From assembly GCA_036172245.1 (NCBI GenBank), contig JAYWIR010000011.1, forward strand, positions 4,464,001-4,528,000: a stretch of DNA of 64,000 bases. The letters run 5' to 3'. The DNA comes from Raillietiella orientalis (lineage: Eukaryota). Under the pieces are notes generated by a model. That model did no database searches, was not told the DNA's origin, and worked only from the letters and a program-made list of their open reading frames with translations. How positions within the stretch are numbered: position 1 is the stretch's first letter; the number at the start of each line of letters is the position of its first letter. Shown piece by piece: positions 1 through 13,699 of this stretch. Made by a program: the position numbers and the translations under genes.

Positions 1-199
1 TCCGGATCGGCAAGGGGGCGGCACGAAGGAACCGACCCCGCCGACAGAGGGAGCACATAAGGGGAGAGGTGGCGCGTTCCGGAACCACGTGCCGGAAGGA
101 TGACCACCAGCCCGGTGAGCGCGCGCCACGGAGTGGTTCGGGGGGGAGGTGAAAGGAAGGCGGTTTGGAGGCGGAAATGGCCCTGTTGGCCCGCTCGGT

Positions 200-700
200 C
201 TGCAAACCGCATGGGAGCCGAACTGACTGAAGAATTCAGCCGAGTCCTCGAGCCTGTTGAATTCTTTCACTGCTTCCTCTGCGACCTTCCTTCTTCGCCG
301 CTATGCTGCGGTTCCGTTCTGAAGCTTTCCGGCGGGAGCCGCATCGGTGCCAAGCAACGCCGGATTTCTGAGGGACGACTCCCTTGACCACGGCTGCACG
401 ACTTTCGAACGTGCAAGACCTTCGTGCTGCAAGAGGAGGAAGAAGAAAACCCGGAGTATCGACTGGGACGCTCAGCGTGTGCGAAGGAGACATCCGCGGT
501 CGATGCGCATGGTCTCGAAGAAGCGCGCTGCAGCAACAGGCTGAAGAAGAGCTGCCTCTGCGGTCATCGGCAATTCTACCATCCACGGAGCGGTCCACGC
601 GATGTGGCGGCGATCCATGCAAGGGTTTCCCGCACCGGAAAGCATCGGACCGGAAGCGAAACCTCGAGAGAGTACGCATCGCGTCTGAGTAAAGAGACTT
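200..700 (+). mobile_element. Decayed hAT-family transposase remnant (C-terminal/dimerisation region)
   Basis: Across frameshifts: 'EEFSRVLEPVEFF', 'LPLRSSAILPSTERS', 'AAIHARV..R.G.ET', resembling the hAT L..P.SSA..ER.FS...IH...RNRLG motif. By-eye only. Confidence 0.35.
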
Positions 701-2340
701 CCTCGCCGGGGAAGCTGCAGTCGACTGCTCCCCTGCGATCTCGCCTCAAGCTGACAACCCTGACCTACAGAGGCTCGCGCGCCTTCATCGCAGGTCCACA
801 TAGGGAGGGATCGAACTGGAATTTCGGTGCCGAGTCAGCATCCAGTTGTTTTGGTTCTTCTGGGGACGATGTGCAGCTGAAGAATGAGGAGTCGTTCCCC
901 TCCCTCCCTCCCCTTCCCCAGTGAGATGGAGGTGCCAAACGCCCCTTCAGTCTCCCACAAAAAGATTCTTTTGAGGAGGAGTCCACGGAACAGCGGAGGG
1001 CGTCTCGACCGTAGCCGGATGCCCAGTTCGTCAGAAAAGACCCGAAGTGCACCCCCCAGGCGCACGAAAACAGGAGACTCCCAAACCCGTGAGCATGTAC
1101 GAAAGGCGCACAAGAAAGCAGCCCCCAGTCCTTGCGTGTTCCCGACCGATGAAGGCGTCATGACGTCACTCCCTTACTGACGAACACCCTAGTCAGGGAG
1201 ACGCCGCCGTGTGCTGCTTCGAGTGGCATCGGGCTTCCAGCCACCCTTTTTTACCAGCCGAAACCACCTAGCGACGCCTAGGGCAGAGCACATCAGGAAG
1301 GAAAATGGCGTCCTCCAACATGGCTGCAACAGGGAAAAATCCTGGGGGCAGAGGTTGAGCTGCCGGCCGAGATGAAGAACCCTTCGGTATACCACCAGCT
1401 GGAGTAAAGGGCAGAAAAAGCGCACATTTTGTAAGAATGAAGCTTCACATGACGAGGCTGCAGAAGGAAGTGGTGATTTATCCGAGAAGGAGCAGGCTGT
1501 TACAGATCAGCCTAACCGTAAGAAGTCAATGTTTTCCTTGCTCAAATCACTTGACTTAAGGTGGCACCGAGAAGATGTGAAGAGCCACTGATGGACGCAT
1601 GAACTCGTTTGGCATCAGTAATGAGACTGATAGGAGGTTGGTTTCCATGGTAATCCCAAACCACAGCAGAAAGTCAGGAAGCGTGGGAAACCTTTCTGCG
1701 CATGGACTACTCATCCGCAGCCACGTTGCCCTGTGATTCCAGCTGGTGTGCTGTAACTCAGTCTTATCAGCCGTTGCCTAGGTAACATCTAGAAAAATTC
1801 AAGCCTCACCGATGACATGTATGCATGCACACATTACAACATTCAACTTCATCTTTCAAATGCACAAGAAACAACACACAAAAAAACACATGCTTCTAAA
1901 AAAGAATAAAAAAAGAAATGAATCCTTGGTCCACGGGCTGTACCTAGCAACTCATCACTTGTAACTCAAGCATGAATAAAACCGCTCTCGCATCTTCTTG
2001 CATCCTGCTGCTGTGCTTTCGAATGGACAGCACGCATTGAGTGCGGTGGCGGGGTCCCCTTTTCTCGGGAAGAAATCCAGTGGCAGCGAGGTATCCCCTG
2101 GCTGCTGGCCAGGATCTCCTGGCTCACGATCACGTGACTCCTCCCTGCTGACGCAGCCATGTGAGGAAAGGGCGGGCAACGTGTGGGAGGGGGAAAGAGG
2201 AAAATACCGGAACCGCGAGCTTTCCCTTTTCGTTCCCAGGAGCCGAGGGAATCGGTTCTCCTGATCGGCGTCGTCGAGAATGCTGTCGGGATCCCGGGTT
2301 GCCAAGGACGACGACTCTGGCACCAGAGCTGGATTGTCAG

Positions 2341-4700
2341 CCTGGTGCGCCGGGGCGTTTTATTTCATGAAAAAAAAGTAGACATTTAGAATTTCTGTGG
2401 TTTGGACCGGTGGTGCAACCACTTGCAATTTCGCAGGAGCCTGCAGGGGTACCGGTGGGCAGACCGGTGAGGTCCACCACGGCAACAGAGGGAGGGGGGC
2501 AAATTAAAAGAAAAACAGGAAACAAAAATGAAAATAAATAAACAAATTTAAGGTGTGTGGAAAGGGATTATGCCCTGCTGGGGGCGATTCTCTGCATCCC
2601 TTCGAGGATGCCGGCAAGCTCTTGCTGGATGAAGTTTCCCAGGTGGGGTCATCTTGTTGCCATCCTCATGAAGAGGACGGAGAAGTGCATGTGGCACCCC
2701 TGTCGCTCAGTACTCTTGCAACGCTCCAGGCCGCCACAATCCCGCGTGGGCAGCAGAGAGCAGCTACTGAGGCTGCCAGCCGAAGGGCGTCGCATAGGAG
2801 GAGGAGGGGTCGCAAAGAGTCCCTGGAGTTGCCGCTGGGGCTTCCTGGGGTCGCGGAAAAGCGTTCCCAGAGGGACCGGAGAGCAACAGAATCCACAAGC
2901 AGGTGAGGGAGGGATTCGCTCTCCCCGAACCTGGCACAGTTCGGGTCCACCCCCACCCACCCCATATCCAGTGATGTCGGGGGCATTGCACGGGCGACTC
3001 CGTTGCATCAGTATCAACGCCGACGCTTGCCACTTCAAGGAAAGGGTGTGGGTGTCCAAGAGTACTGCCGGTTGGGTTACTGCAGGTCTCCCTCCAGAAT
3101 ACCCAGTAGCTCGTCCCAGAGCAACAGCCCTCGGGGAGGGCACTCGTGGTCTCAGCGTCCCTTCTTGTAAGCTGGCCCTTCGTCCACTCACCAATCCCTC
3201 TTCTCCTGATGGAGATTTCAGCGCTAACTCCCATCTAGCCGCAAGGCTGCTGTGCATATGTTCCCTCAGGGGGAGCAGCGCTACGGCAAGGGAGGTTGTT
3301 TCTGCCCACGCACTTTTCCCTGGAGGCATCAGAGCTGGAGGTGTCAAGAACGAGGTCAACTGGCTCGAGCAAGTCGATGCGTTGGTGTGGCTTGTCTGAA
3401 CATCGAACGCAGACGGGAGACCTCTGCTGATTGTGCGGGCTGGAGCGCGTTCCTAGCCGCCTGGCAGACCCAGGCGATGAAGGCCTCATCTCATCGAGGA
3501 ACCGCTTCCGCGGCGACTTTCGATTCCGGGCAAGTCCCTCTTCCCTTCCCCCTCCTCTCTCCCCATTCCTTCAGAAGAAGAGCTTCCGTGTGTGTGTGCG
3601 AGGAGCAACAGACCTTTTCCTCAGGCGAGGTGGTCATCGTCACGAAGGAGGCGAAGATGGACTCTTTCTTGAACTCTGCTTTGTGCTGACTCTCGCCAGA
3701 GCACACTCGCTGCGCTCCCCCGAGAGCAGCTTTCCTTCAGCTTCTCTGGGCCGAACGAGGAGGGGCCTCACGGCCGGAGTTCCGCAGCCCACTGCCTGGT
3801 GCCTTGGTGAAAACAGACTCCTCACGCTCAGCAGCGTTCGGCGTTCCTTTCCCGGGTCTTTGCATCGGCCTCCGCGTCCCGATTCTTGAAGCACCAGAGA
3901 GGACGAAATCTGCTCTCGCCTCGGCGTCCTCCGATTCCTTAGCTGGCAGAGCCGGCTGCTTGTCAATCAGCTGCGAGCAGCTTGAGAAAAAAAAAAATCT
4001 CTTTTCCTGACTTATGAGAGAGAGATTCGGGATGACAGCGGAGATGAGCAAACAGCGGTTCGTATGGCTGAACGCCTAGTCGTCCTCTCGCCGGAGCTGA
4101 GTACGGAAGCAGCTAGGCCGGATCAATACCGGAGCAGGAAGACTCAATTTTGCTGGTTTCGAAGACTTAATTCCACGCTCTGCTTCACTTGAGCATCCAC
4201 TTCCACTGATTCTTGCAGGTACGAACCTTTGCACGCCGGGATTCGCTTCTGCTGCTGAGGACAAGAACAAGAGTGAAGAGGCCATTAGAATGAGTTTTCC
4301 TCACAGAATTCCAACCTTTCTTCTGCTCAGAAACCTCTTCTGCAACCCTAGGTGCTGCTGGGACCAGGCTGTAGCATGTGAAATGCTCCGTCACGTGCAA
4401 GTCAGTGGAAACCTGGTCGACTTCGGATACTCCATCGTATTAAGGGGCCATCGCGATTCAGCTCTTCGGCAACAAGAATCCTCCTGAGTTTTGTAGTCTT
4501 CCCTTTGATCTTCGCCAAAAGGCCGAGAAGCGATTCCATTCCTTAAAACGCAGAGGCTTCAATGCTAAAGACAGCTTGAGGAGTCCCTGAAGATAGAGGC
4601 CGTGGAGCATAAACTGCTCTGCTCCATGGCTTCTAAAGAAGACCGAAGGAGCAGGCAGCAACTCTCCTCCCCTCCTTTGCTACGTCATCCCATATCCTCA
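2341..4700 (-). mobile_element. Decayed Tx1/L1-clade non-LTR retrotransposon: RT remnants, zf-RVT-like C-terminus and 3' UTR
   Basis: 2341-3150 is clearly homologous in DNA and translation to 53203-53780 ('LGRAT...LKWQ...PCN', 'F(S/A)VL(F/L)MR(M/T)A(T/S)R.PHLG'). Upstream minus-strand fragments in RT order: 'KEWNRFS', 'DYK', 'EQKKGWNSV' (~DQEKAFDRV), 'RGIKSSKP' (~RGIRQGCP), 'LISAVIPN' (~SAYADD). Ends in AATAAAACGCCCCGG. May extend to ~6300. Confidence 0.55.
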
Positions 4701-7399
4701 TAACGCCGAGCATCCGCTGGAGCTTTACTTGATGGTCGAGAGAAGCGACCTTGGATCTTCGCTGGCTCCATCAGCAGGAAGGCACCACAAGGCCACGCGC
4801 GCTGCCGAAGGAAGGGGGCGCTTCCGCTTTCCATGGAAATGCATGAACGGCCAGAGAAAGAAAAAAATGTGCTGAAGGAAAGAGGCGTCATTCATTATTT
4901 TTAGAATGTTTTTGAAATCTGCTGTGAGGATAACGCAAACCGCCGATATGAGCTGCAAGAACACAACTGCCGACTTTATTGTTACGTTACATTCCTCAAG
5001 AAGGATCGTATACATATGTGTGTACGCTAGGTGCAAATAATACGGAAGTTCTTAGCTTGGAAGCAATGAATCCTGGTGTGCTCATTCTCTTCAACGCGTT
5101 GACAACAGTGTGGCAGCTCAGAGTGTGCCAATGCATACGACCGACTTGAGTACTCTGAGCCAAGTGCGATTGCGCATTGGCCAGGCTGTCGCCTCCCAGA
5201 CTGCACAGATTCCTCTGCTCCCGCTGCCCCACCCAGCTGCGGATGAGTGCATTGAGAAGAGCTCAGCCCGGGAAAGGGCATGCAATCGCGGCGGCAGCAA
5301 ACCGACGAAGACGGAGCGCCACCGAACCGCTCGCGGCTTCCTCAGGCGGTGCATTTCGAAAGCAGGGCTGTTCGGCGTCGCCAAACGTTGCGGCGCCCAT
5401 CGCATGTCTTTTCAAAGGGAGCCCATGCTGTTTTGGACAAGTCGGAGATGGTCTTCCGCCTGATGAAAGCTGCGCGCTGAGCAAGAACTTTTCAGCCGCT
5501 GGACTGCCTGACCTTCGTTCCTTTTCCCCGCCCAGGCGAGGAACTGGGCCTTGTCCACCCCCGCCACACGCAATTATCGAATTACTCGTTCCCAGAATTC
5601 CTTGTCGATGCTCTCGCCCCCCTGTCTCGTTCCCTGTTTGGAAGGATGATCTGGAAGAACCGGATTAGATCTTCACAGGAGAACATGCGGATGGAATCTT
5701 CCTGCGGATTAAGAAGATCCGGAAAATTATGAAAAATGCTTCCAAGGAAAAAGATCTCTCAGTGCGATCCGCTTTGATTCCTTTTTTCTCCCCGGCATCC
5801 CAGCTTCCACGCGCTAGTGTTCCGTTCGTTTGGACGTTTCTCGGGTAACTCGCTTCTTTGCCGTTTTTGAATGTAGCTGTTTGCAAAAGGAGGAGAAGAA
5901 GAAAAAGCCTGCCAGTCACGTTGCCCGAGAGTTGCATCCGGTAACACTGACGGGATTTCACAACCTCCCTTTCAAAGATGGGCCTTCATCCTGGTCGAGG
6001 AGCCTGCGAAGCGCCCTCTGGCCTGGAGCACGACCCGCCTCGACCAGCAGGTGCCTTGTGCTGCCTTCGGTTGGCTCCCGCGGTTGGGAAGCCATCTGCG
6101 ACGTTCGCCTGGACGCATAGGCTACTTAAGTGGGGTGCCAATCGCAAGTGGGCTGTGGCCCCACACCCCGCTTCATTTAGCTTTACGTTTGATTTCGTAA
6201 TGGTACCGAAGTCTTCGTAGAACAGACCCTTTGGTTCGAGGTGCGCTGCTGTCGATGACGTGTAGGAGGGTGCAAATTTCCGAGGACGGGTCAGTTTTTG
6301 CTGTTCGAAGTAGATGCTTTGCATTCAGATCCGTCGACCGCATCCTCATATGGTGGCACGAGAGCGCCATCTTTGAAATTTGACAGATGGTGAGGAACGT
6401 CGCCCGCGGCCTCAGCGGGGAACGTGTCCAAGGAGAGCTCCCTCCGCGGGATGCAGGGAACCCTGCCTCGCATTCGCCTCGGATGAGTAAGGCCGCGCCA
6501 CGGATGGAAGCGCACCGCAGGGTCAGCTCGGATTTTCCCCCGGGGCGCGTGCCCTCCCCGGCAGGACGCCCTCGAAGAAAACGTCCGCTCCCGCTGGCTT
6601 GCCGGTCGCCTCCTCGCTGGCGATTTTGCCGCCGCGAGCGGGCCACGGTGACCTCCAACATGGAGGGAGGGGTATGCGAGGACCATCGCTCCACGTTTCG
6701 AGGCCAGGCAAACTGGCGCTCTGTGGGACGCGAGATCCAGGAGAACACTTCGGGAGATTGTGGGCAGACCAGCCCAGCACCGGCGACTGCAGGCCCTCGG
6801 GAATCACGCTGGGTACCTCGAACCCGGTCCATCCCCTTCCGTTGTTCCCATCTGTTCCACCCCTCCCTAGTTCGGCGGTCCCAGCGAGGTTGACGTCTTT
6901 CTGTTCGGATTGGCAGATGTGGCACTCTGACGGCACGATTTTTTTTTTTTTTTTTTCATTTTCAGTGAATGGTCCGGGAATCCGGGATGAGAAAAGTTCA
7001 CGCCGGGGAGTCTGCGCCCACGAGCTTTGTACACGTTCTATTGCTTGATCTTTTCCAGAGCTGGCAGAAGGGTTTAGACGCAGAAGTGAAGCGCGAGGGA
7101 ACTTCCAGCCCGAGAACGAGCGACCCAGCGAAGGTCGCTCGACACGCGAGGCTACCACCGTCGTGTTCCTAGACGGGGGTGAGGTCGACTCCGTTAGCAC
7201 CGAGGTCAAGGTTTCGCTGTTCTTCTCACTCGGAGCATCCGCGAGGAGGTCCAGCGCTGCTAGAAGAAGCTGCACGCGATCCGAGCAAGGAGGATTCCGG
7301 CGCTCGGCCTTGCCTCGCACGAACACGGGAGACGTCCCGGCATCCGCCTTCTGCTGGATGCTGGAGCCACGCTGGACCCCACGGGAGCACCGCTTCGAG

Positions 7400-8100
7400 A
7401 GGGCGCTTCCCGCTCCCGCGTGGATCCAGGGACTCCTTGCTCCTGCAGCATGCCGGTGCTTCCCCTCAGCCGGCCTCAGTTTCGTGGGAAACGAATCTCG
7501 GCCTTTCACTCCAGCGAAGTGCCCCCCGGATTGAACCCGACCCTCGACAGCGTCCTCGTGCAGTCTCCCACAGGCCCCAGCGGTTCTCGATTCATCCGCA
7601 GCGTTGCTTGGATGCACCACTTTAGCGGGAAGGGCACCTAGCAATGAGGATCTCTTCCAAGGAGGGTTGGGGATTGTCGGGTGACACTGGGAGGGACTGA
7701 TAGTAGGATGAGTCGGAGGGGAGCGCTGTCGCCTGGGAAACGACGCGAGGGAGAAACAAACGAACGAAAGATGGGGGTAGGTGTCTCTGGCTGCTTCTCA
7801 GTGGCGTGAGAAGAAAGGGAGGCTGGAGCGCGCCAGCTGCGATGGCCGGCGAGGATTGTTTGAGAGTGGGGAAGGGGGGGAACCTGGTAACGCCAGTCGC
7901 AGGTGGCGGCGGCGATGATGGTCCGAGCAAGAAGAGTCTGGAAGCGGAGGGAGCCGTTCGAAACTCAGGAAGACTCTGATAGTGCGACGACCAGAGATTC
8001 CCTCTCTTGCTTTCCTCCTCCAGATAGCAGGACCCATTTCTGAGCTCCCTCGCGCCCATGTCCCAGCCTTCCTCAGATCGAATTGTAGATCTTTTTTTTT
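7400..8100 (-). pseudogene. Decayed NHL-repeat (beta-propeller) sequence
   Basis: Blade-like segments 'GWDMGARELRNG..L....RGNLW', 'RLFLLGP....ATGV', 'SDSSYYQSLPVSPDN', 'VVHPSNAADE', 'GRVQSGGHFAG' in ORFs 7622-8158 and 6523-7644. Confidence 0.4.
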
Positions 8101-9614
8101 TTCTGTCCAAAGGACAAGAACCAGGTGAGGAGGGGGGGAGGGAAGTGTTGTCCACCATTTAGTTTCCACTGAGCGTGGCCGTCTGGTCGATGGTGATTTT
8201 CCCCCGCCACCCAAACGATGATCTCGAAATCCACTGTTCGTTCCCCAGAGGTTCCAGCTGTCCTCCTGCTCCCTCGAGACCTTGGTTGGTCGTTTTCTCC
8301 CGGGCTCCACATTTCCGGCATGAAAGGTGCCGGACTGTCAGGGGGCGGGGGCAAGCCAGGGGTGCTGTTCAAGTCAACTCTGCACTGGCTTCGCCTCTTT
8401 GCGAACCGTATGTCAGTGAACCGGGGTGTCCTGAGCTGCTCGTGTGGTGCAGAGGTGTTCCGGAGCTGCTCATTGGGCGCAGTTCAGCTTTCGCCTCCGT
8501 CGCTCTTCCGTCCTCCTTGGCTCCGTTCGCATTGGATTGAACATCTGCGGAACGTGGACCACGCGAGGAGAATCTTCAGGTCCAGGATGGGAAACACGGC
8601 GAGTGGCACAGATGGAAAGAGGAATTCGAAACTGTTGGGGGAGCTAACTGTGGGGGTCAGGCGGACTGACCGCCATCCATTCTCACCGGATGGGGCTCGC
8701 GTGCTCTCTCCACCACTCTTTCGGACCCGTCTGTCCAGTCCGGTGAAGCAGGACGGCACGGAAATAGAGGATCTTTCTTCCAGCCAGCTTTCAGCCTGGA
8801 GAGGACGCCTAGATGACGATTCCACGTCGATCAGCTGGAGGTTCCTTCGTGGGTTCAGGCTGGGGTCATCTTAGGGCACAAGGAGGACGGACGGAAGCCG
8901 ATGCTGAAGAAAGCCGGATTGAGATGAAACAGGAAACGACGTCCGAATGGGAAACGGGAGATCTGGGATCGCGGTCAGAACCCCTCAAGCTTTTGGGAAA
9001 CTGAGAAGATCGAATCGTGGTCTCCCAGGCAATGCCTTACGGTCCGGTGCTGCTGCGGGCAAAGAATTCGGGCAAAAAGCTTGCCGCCCATCGTGGGCTT
9101 TTTTCTGTAGGCGGTGACAGTTGGGTCAAGATTCGCGTTTTTTTGATTGAAGAGGTCACACATGGCAACGGGAAGCCACAAATACGGAACGATTTGGTAA
9201 AAAAAAAAAAAATCAAAGCCTCACATGACCACAATCTTTGCAAACTGCAAACTGCAGCCAGACTGCGTCTCCGTACTGTCTGTGTGCTTCCGTCCATCAT
9301 CCACTCCGTGGACGTTAATCTGCAGTGATAATCCACGTCATATTTTTTCCCTCCCATTCCTCTCCGAAGTTTTTATCACGCTGTTTGATTTCCCCGACCT
9401 TGGGGCTGGGCTGTGCGTCGTGGTCAGGGATTTCGACTCGGCACACGTGTGCCACTGCCGTGCTGTTCACTCACGCGTAAGCGCATTTTCCCGGAGTCGG
9501 TCCCTATCGATTCCTTCGGAGCCGCGTTCCCGAGCAGCAAGCTCCGAGGGAGGCATCCGGCGGGAACCGGGACGAAGCGCCGACGCCGTTTGACGGCCGA
9601 GCATCCCCAGCTGC

Positions 9615-9945
9615 CCGCGTCGGAGGCCACGTGGCTGCGGTCTCCTCTCCGCACGCGCGGCACCGAGCGTCGCGGGTTCGAATCCCACCCGGGAGAAGGA
9701 TCGACTCCAGAAAAGTGGGTGCGTCGTGGGTTTCGAGTTCCTCCCACAGGATGACCCTCGGGTCCTCGGGTGTGGGACTGGCAGCGGATAAAACCGGATG
9801 CTCCCGATGGGTGGCCGGGGTCGGGAGTCGACCTTCCGGGGTCCTTCCAGGAAACCAGAAGCAAGGAAACCCTTCCGAGTTCTCTTCAGAAGAGGGAGCG
9901 GGAAGCGGTTCGCTCGCAGGTTCCCTCCGAAGAAGAAAATCCCCT
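9615..9945 (+). mobile_element. tRNA-headed SINE-like repeat, copy A (internally deleted/truncated)
   Basis: A-box-like GTGGCTGCGG, B box GGTTCGAATCCC at 9675-9686; DNA alignable with copies at 14.3, 49.5, 50.2 and 61.0 kb. Confidence 0.75.
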
Positions 9946-11949
9946 ATTTGAGCGGTCTCGCGGCTGTGGAAGGGTGTCCTGCTCGAATGTTGAAATCCGA
10001 TATCCCCAGTTCCACAGGGACTGAAGCTGTTTCGCTGGCCGTTGGGGAGGTGGGGGGGGGGGGCACTCAGAGAACAGCAAGTGTCCTCCTCGCAAGCGCA
10101 CCGAGCAGTCGGACATCGCCGGAACGCAACCTCCGAGAAGCCGAAACCGACAGATCCCAGCAGCTCCATGGCAGCGAGAAAAGGAACCTCCTCGCCGGCT
10201 TTGAGTGCCTTCCGTGACGCCAGCGCGCCTCCGATTCGACCTGCCGAATTCGATTACCCGACCGCCCGAAGAGGGAAGAATGTCTCGAAGAATGTGGTCG
10301 AGTGAGCGCAGCAGCGTAAGGTGGAGGCGGAATAACCGAACCATTCCCTCTCTCCGTTGCTATTTGAGCTCTCCTTGGAAACGTTTTTTTTTTTTTGGAA
10401 CAGACGGAAGGGGGCTGTAAAATTGTGCAGGTGTACTTCCGCATTTGTTTCGACGGGCTTTCGATGCCGAAAGCAGAAGCAAACGGCACGACTCTCTCTC
10501 TCTTTTATTGGTCTCCAGCAAGAACCATCTCCTCTGCATTCCCTGTGGCTCTCAGGAAGGGAAGATGAGCGGAGTGCCTGTGACCTCCAGCTCGGCCTGT
10601 GGAAATCTCAACGCAAAAAACGCTCCGCCGAACACACTGTGAATTCTTCTTTCCTTTTTTTTTTTTTCAAATCCGAAAAAGAACACGAAACACGGAAAAC
10701 GGAGCAGAGGAAGGAGGAACGCACTTCGTGCCAGCAATAAGTGGCGAAAAAAAATCCACTCCTCCGCCTCGCTTTTTGATTCGTGACAGCGCCCACAATG
10801 GCCAGCCGCGCGCTGCAGTCGATAGGAGTCCCGACCCTCACTCGATGCAGGGCTCCCTCGAGGACAACCCCTGCGGCGGGCAGCAGTGACCCGTGGTCTC
10901 CTGAAAGTACGAGGGAGGTTTCCGCCGAGCAGAGGGGAGGGCAGTTCTCGCACTCTTCCTTTCGTGTGTTCATCCGCGTTCCTTTGCGTGAAAAGGCGTG
11001 TGCGCGCTCCTAGCCATCAGCCGGAAACCGCATGCGAAGACGCTGGAGGGGTGGCCATTCGGAGGGCGGAAGCATCCTCGTTCGAACGTGTAGAAACTCC
11101 ACCAGAGGCAGTGGCGGATCGCGAGAGCCCACCCGCCTGGCCCAGCCGAGCCTGGAGATCAGACTTCCGGGCTCGCAGAGGCCAGGCAGAAAAAATTCTG
11201 ATGCCGCCCCTGTTCCAGAGGAAGAAGGCTCGCGTCTGCGGGGGACTGAAACCTCGCTGTTCTTTTCCTCACCTTCCTGCGTGGGGCATCAGCTCGGCAG
11301 TGCGAGGTGCACCCGAGCGACCCCAGAACACACACGGGAACGTCTGGCTCCGTCTGCACCAAGAAACAAAACACATCCCATCCCGCACGCCAGCGCCGGA
11401 ACACTCCGAAACCCGACCGAACCAGCGTCTTGGACCACCGGGACGGACGGGCGTCTCTCGTCCAGCCTTCGCCTGGTCCGCTGCGAGAGTACTAGGGAAG
11501 ATGCTGTTTGTCTTCTGCGAGGTCCCTTACACAGCAGGCAGAGTCATTCTGCTGTCGCTGCTGCTGCCCGGTGAACAGGACTCTGTCCGTGGACTCAAGA
11601 GGGACACAAGAAGTCAGCGGAAGAACTGGGAAGGAGCAAGAAGAACTGTGAGAACAAAAGAACTGAGAAACGATTCTCTTCTGAGTCGCAACGCGCCCAC
11701 CCAACGGTCTCTCGCCCGTCGGTTGATTAGCGGTGGGTTCTTTTCACCAAAGTCTTGCGATGGTTGGTGCCAATAAAAAAAAAAAAAAATCCTCTCGAGT
11801 CCACGTGGTCCCTGCCTTCCGGAATCGTGGATTTGGAGTTCATTGGAAGTTTAAGCACCTAACCTCTGGTGTTTCCCTTCGGACTGGCCTTCTCGGATTG
11901 AGAAACCGCCATCGCCACGATCGACGGCAAAAAGTCCACGGCTCGACAA

Positions 11950-13500
11950 TTCCCGACCCAGAAAGCTGCCGCCGAGCCGCCCTTCGATCACTTCACCTCA
12001 TGCCTTGCGGGATTTCCCGTCAGTGCATATTCGGTTCGCGGAATCCCCGACTCTCAGGGGTCCTCGTCTGCCCTCCTTCCCCCCATCCCCACCTCGCTCG
12101 TCCATTCTTTCTCCTGTCCCGAGATTTCCCATCATCGCTTCCTCGTCTCCTTGGGGAGAGAAAAGACCAGGACCCCTTGGCGAGCCGAATCCCACGCGAG
12201 TCCACACTCCACGGTCATCCATACGTCCCCTGGACGTCTTGGCCCGCTCCCTCCGCCTCTGGAGACAGGTCAGGAGGTTCCGATCGAGGGGGAATGCAGT
12301 CTGGCTGCATGCGTTCGTCGGTAAGGGGGGCGCAGGCGAATGACGAAGGCGGTCTCCTCCTCATTCTTCCTCCTCCCGCATTCATCTCTTTTGTTCCTCC
12401 TCTCTGCTTCCTCCTCCTCCTTTCCTCTTCCTCTTCCTCCTTCTTTTCAACCTGTATTCTCTCTCTTCCATGCTTGTTGCAAGGTCCCCCACCCTCCCTG
12501 CTCCATCCCGGCGCTGCAGTTGTCGCAGCGCTGCTCGTCACGACCCGCGATCCAGCCCATGCATCCAGAACACGTCGCGGGATCGTCGGCCGCGCCGTCT
12601 CCTCTTCAACTCTTCCGGAACCTCCGCGAAATCCGTCAGCGACGAGCGCTCTCCTTGGGAAGATGGGGAAGGGGAAGGGGGGGGGGAGGTCCGGCGCTCG
12701 ATGCTTCCCCCTCTTCCACGCGTCTTTTGGAGGTGTCTCTGAGGTCAGGTGTGATGACTCGTCCCTCGCCCGGGAACATCGGCGAAGGCTCGGAGCTTCG
12801 AGACGACCCCAGACATCGCTTCCAGTTGATCCTTGTTTTGACCCAAACTAGCAGATCGCACCGCACGCATCTCCAAGGATCGTCCCGGAGACCTCCATTC
12901 CCTCCCACGGCACCCCACGACCCTCGATCTTCCCTCCTTGAGCTTTTTCCTTCTTGGGAACTTTCTGTGCTTCCCCCGATCCCGCTGGCGAGCAGCCTCC
13001 CTGTCGAGGAGTGGTCTTCCCGGACGGTGCTCCGATGCTCCGGTCCAGAACGGTTCGCCAAAGGATCGGTGACCGGGTTCGGGTCGGGCCGGAGAAAAGT
13101 CGTGCCTTCTCGGCACGTCCGAATCTCGAACGCGCTCATCCTCGGTGGAGACCAGCCCTGGAGGTCTCGAACACTCACGTAAGCGTGGGCAGCTCCGGGA
13201 TTACTTTTGCGACCCCCGGAGAACGCCTTTCTGACGAGTGCTGCTGACTCCGCGCCTCCGCCCCATCAGACCGCCTTGCGCTTCCGGCGTCCCGAGAAAG
13301 CAATTCGCCTCGGTCTTGCCAGATTCCCGGAGTAGTTCTCTCGTGTCTCCAGTGAGGTCTCGAAGGAGGAGCTGGCCGGGAGGGCACCAGCTCTGTGTCT
13401 TCTGTCCACTTCCGGTATTGTCCCGAGCGAGCCTGACCGTCAGAGGGCGAGGTGAATGATCGACCGTTTGGTTGAAGGACATCCACGCTCTATAGGCACC
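11950..13500 (+). pseudogene. Decayed intronless TRIM-NHL-like gene (RING remnant plus NHL repeats)
   Basis: RING-like 'C....LRSLHLMPCGISRQCI....LVCP....H....DFPSSLPRLLGE' (11961-12160); NHL-like 'LSLGRWGRGRGGG', 'PGNI....DDPRHRFQLI', 'VEEWSSRTV....GFGSGRRKVVP', 'GITFATPGERL', 'VLPDSRSSSL'. Several frameshifts/stops and lost Cys/His ligands. Confidence 0.5.
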
Positions 13501-13699
13501 CCTCCCTACTGGCCACCTGCACACAAATAAAAAATGGTTACGAGTGTCTGCCCTCGAACTCGTTTTTGTCGGTGGCTTCCGCGATACTCAGACTCAAGTG
13601 CGCTCTCTCTAGCGGGATGCTGGAGAACCAGTGGTAGAAGGGAAGAAAAAAAAAGGAAACCTCGAAAATGAGACCATCTCACATCTCCAGTTAGTGCGA

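Noticed and set aside
9625..9695. tRNA gene suggested by GGTTCGAATCCC (also at 14.3, 49.5, 50.2 and 61.1 kb)
   Set aside because: No complete cloverleaf or acceptor stem, and each is followed by the same long body, so these are SINE heads.
6523..12851. Long ORFs (373, 296 and 372 aa) as intact genes
   Set aside because: They run through homopolymers and low-complexity tracts in stop-poor GC-rich DNA; only parts carry decayed domain motifs.
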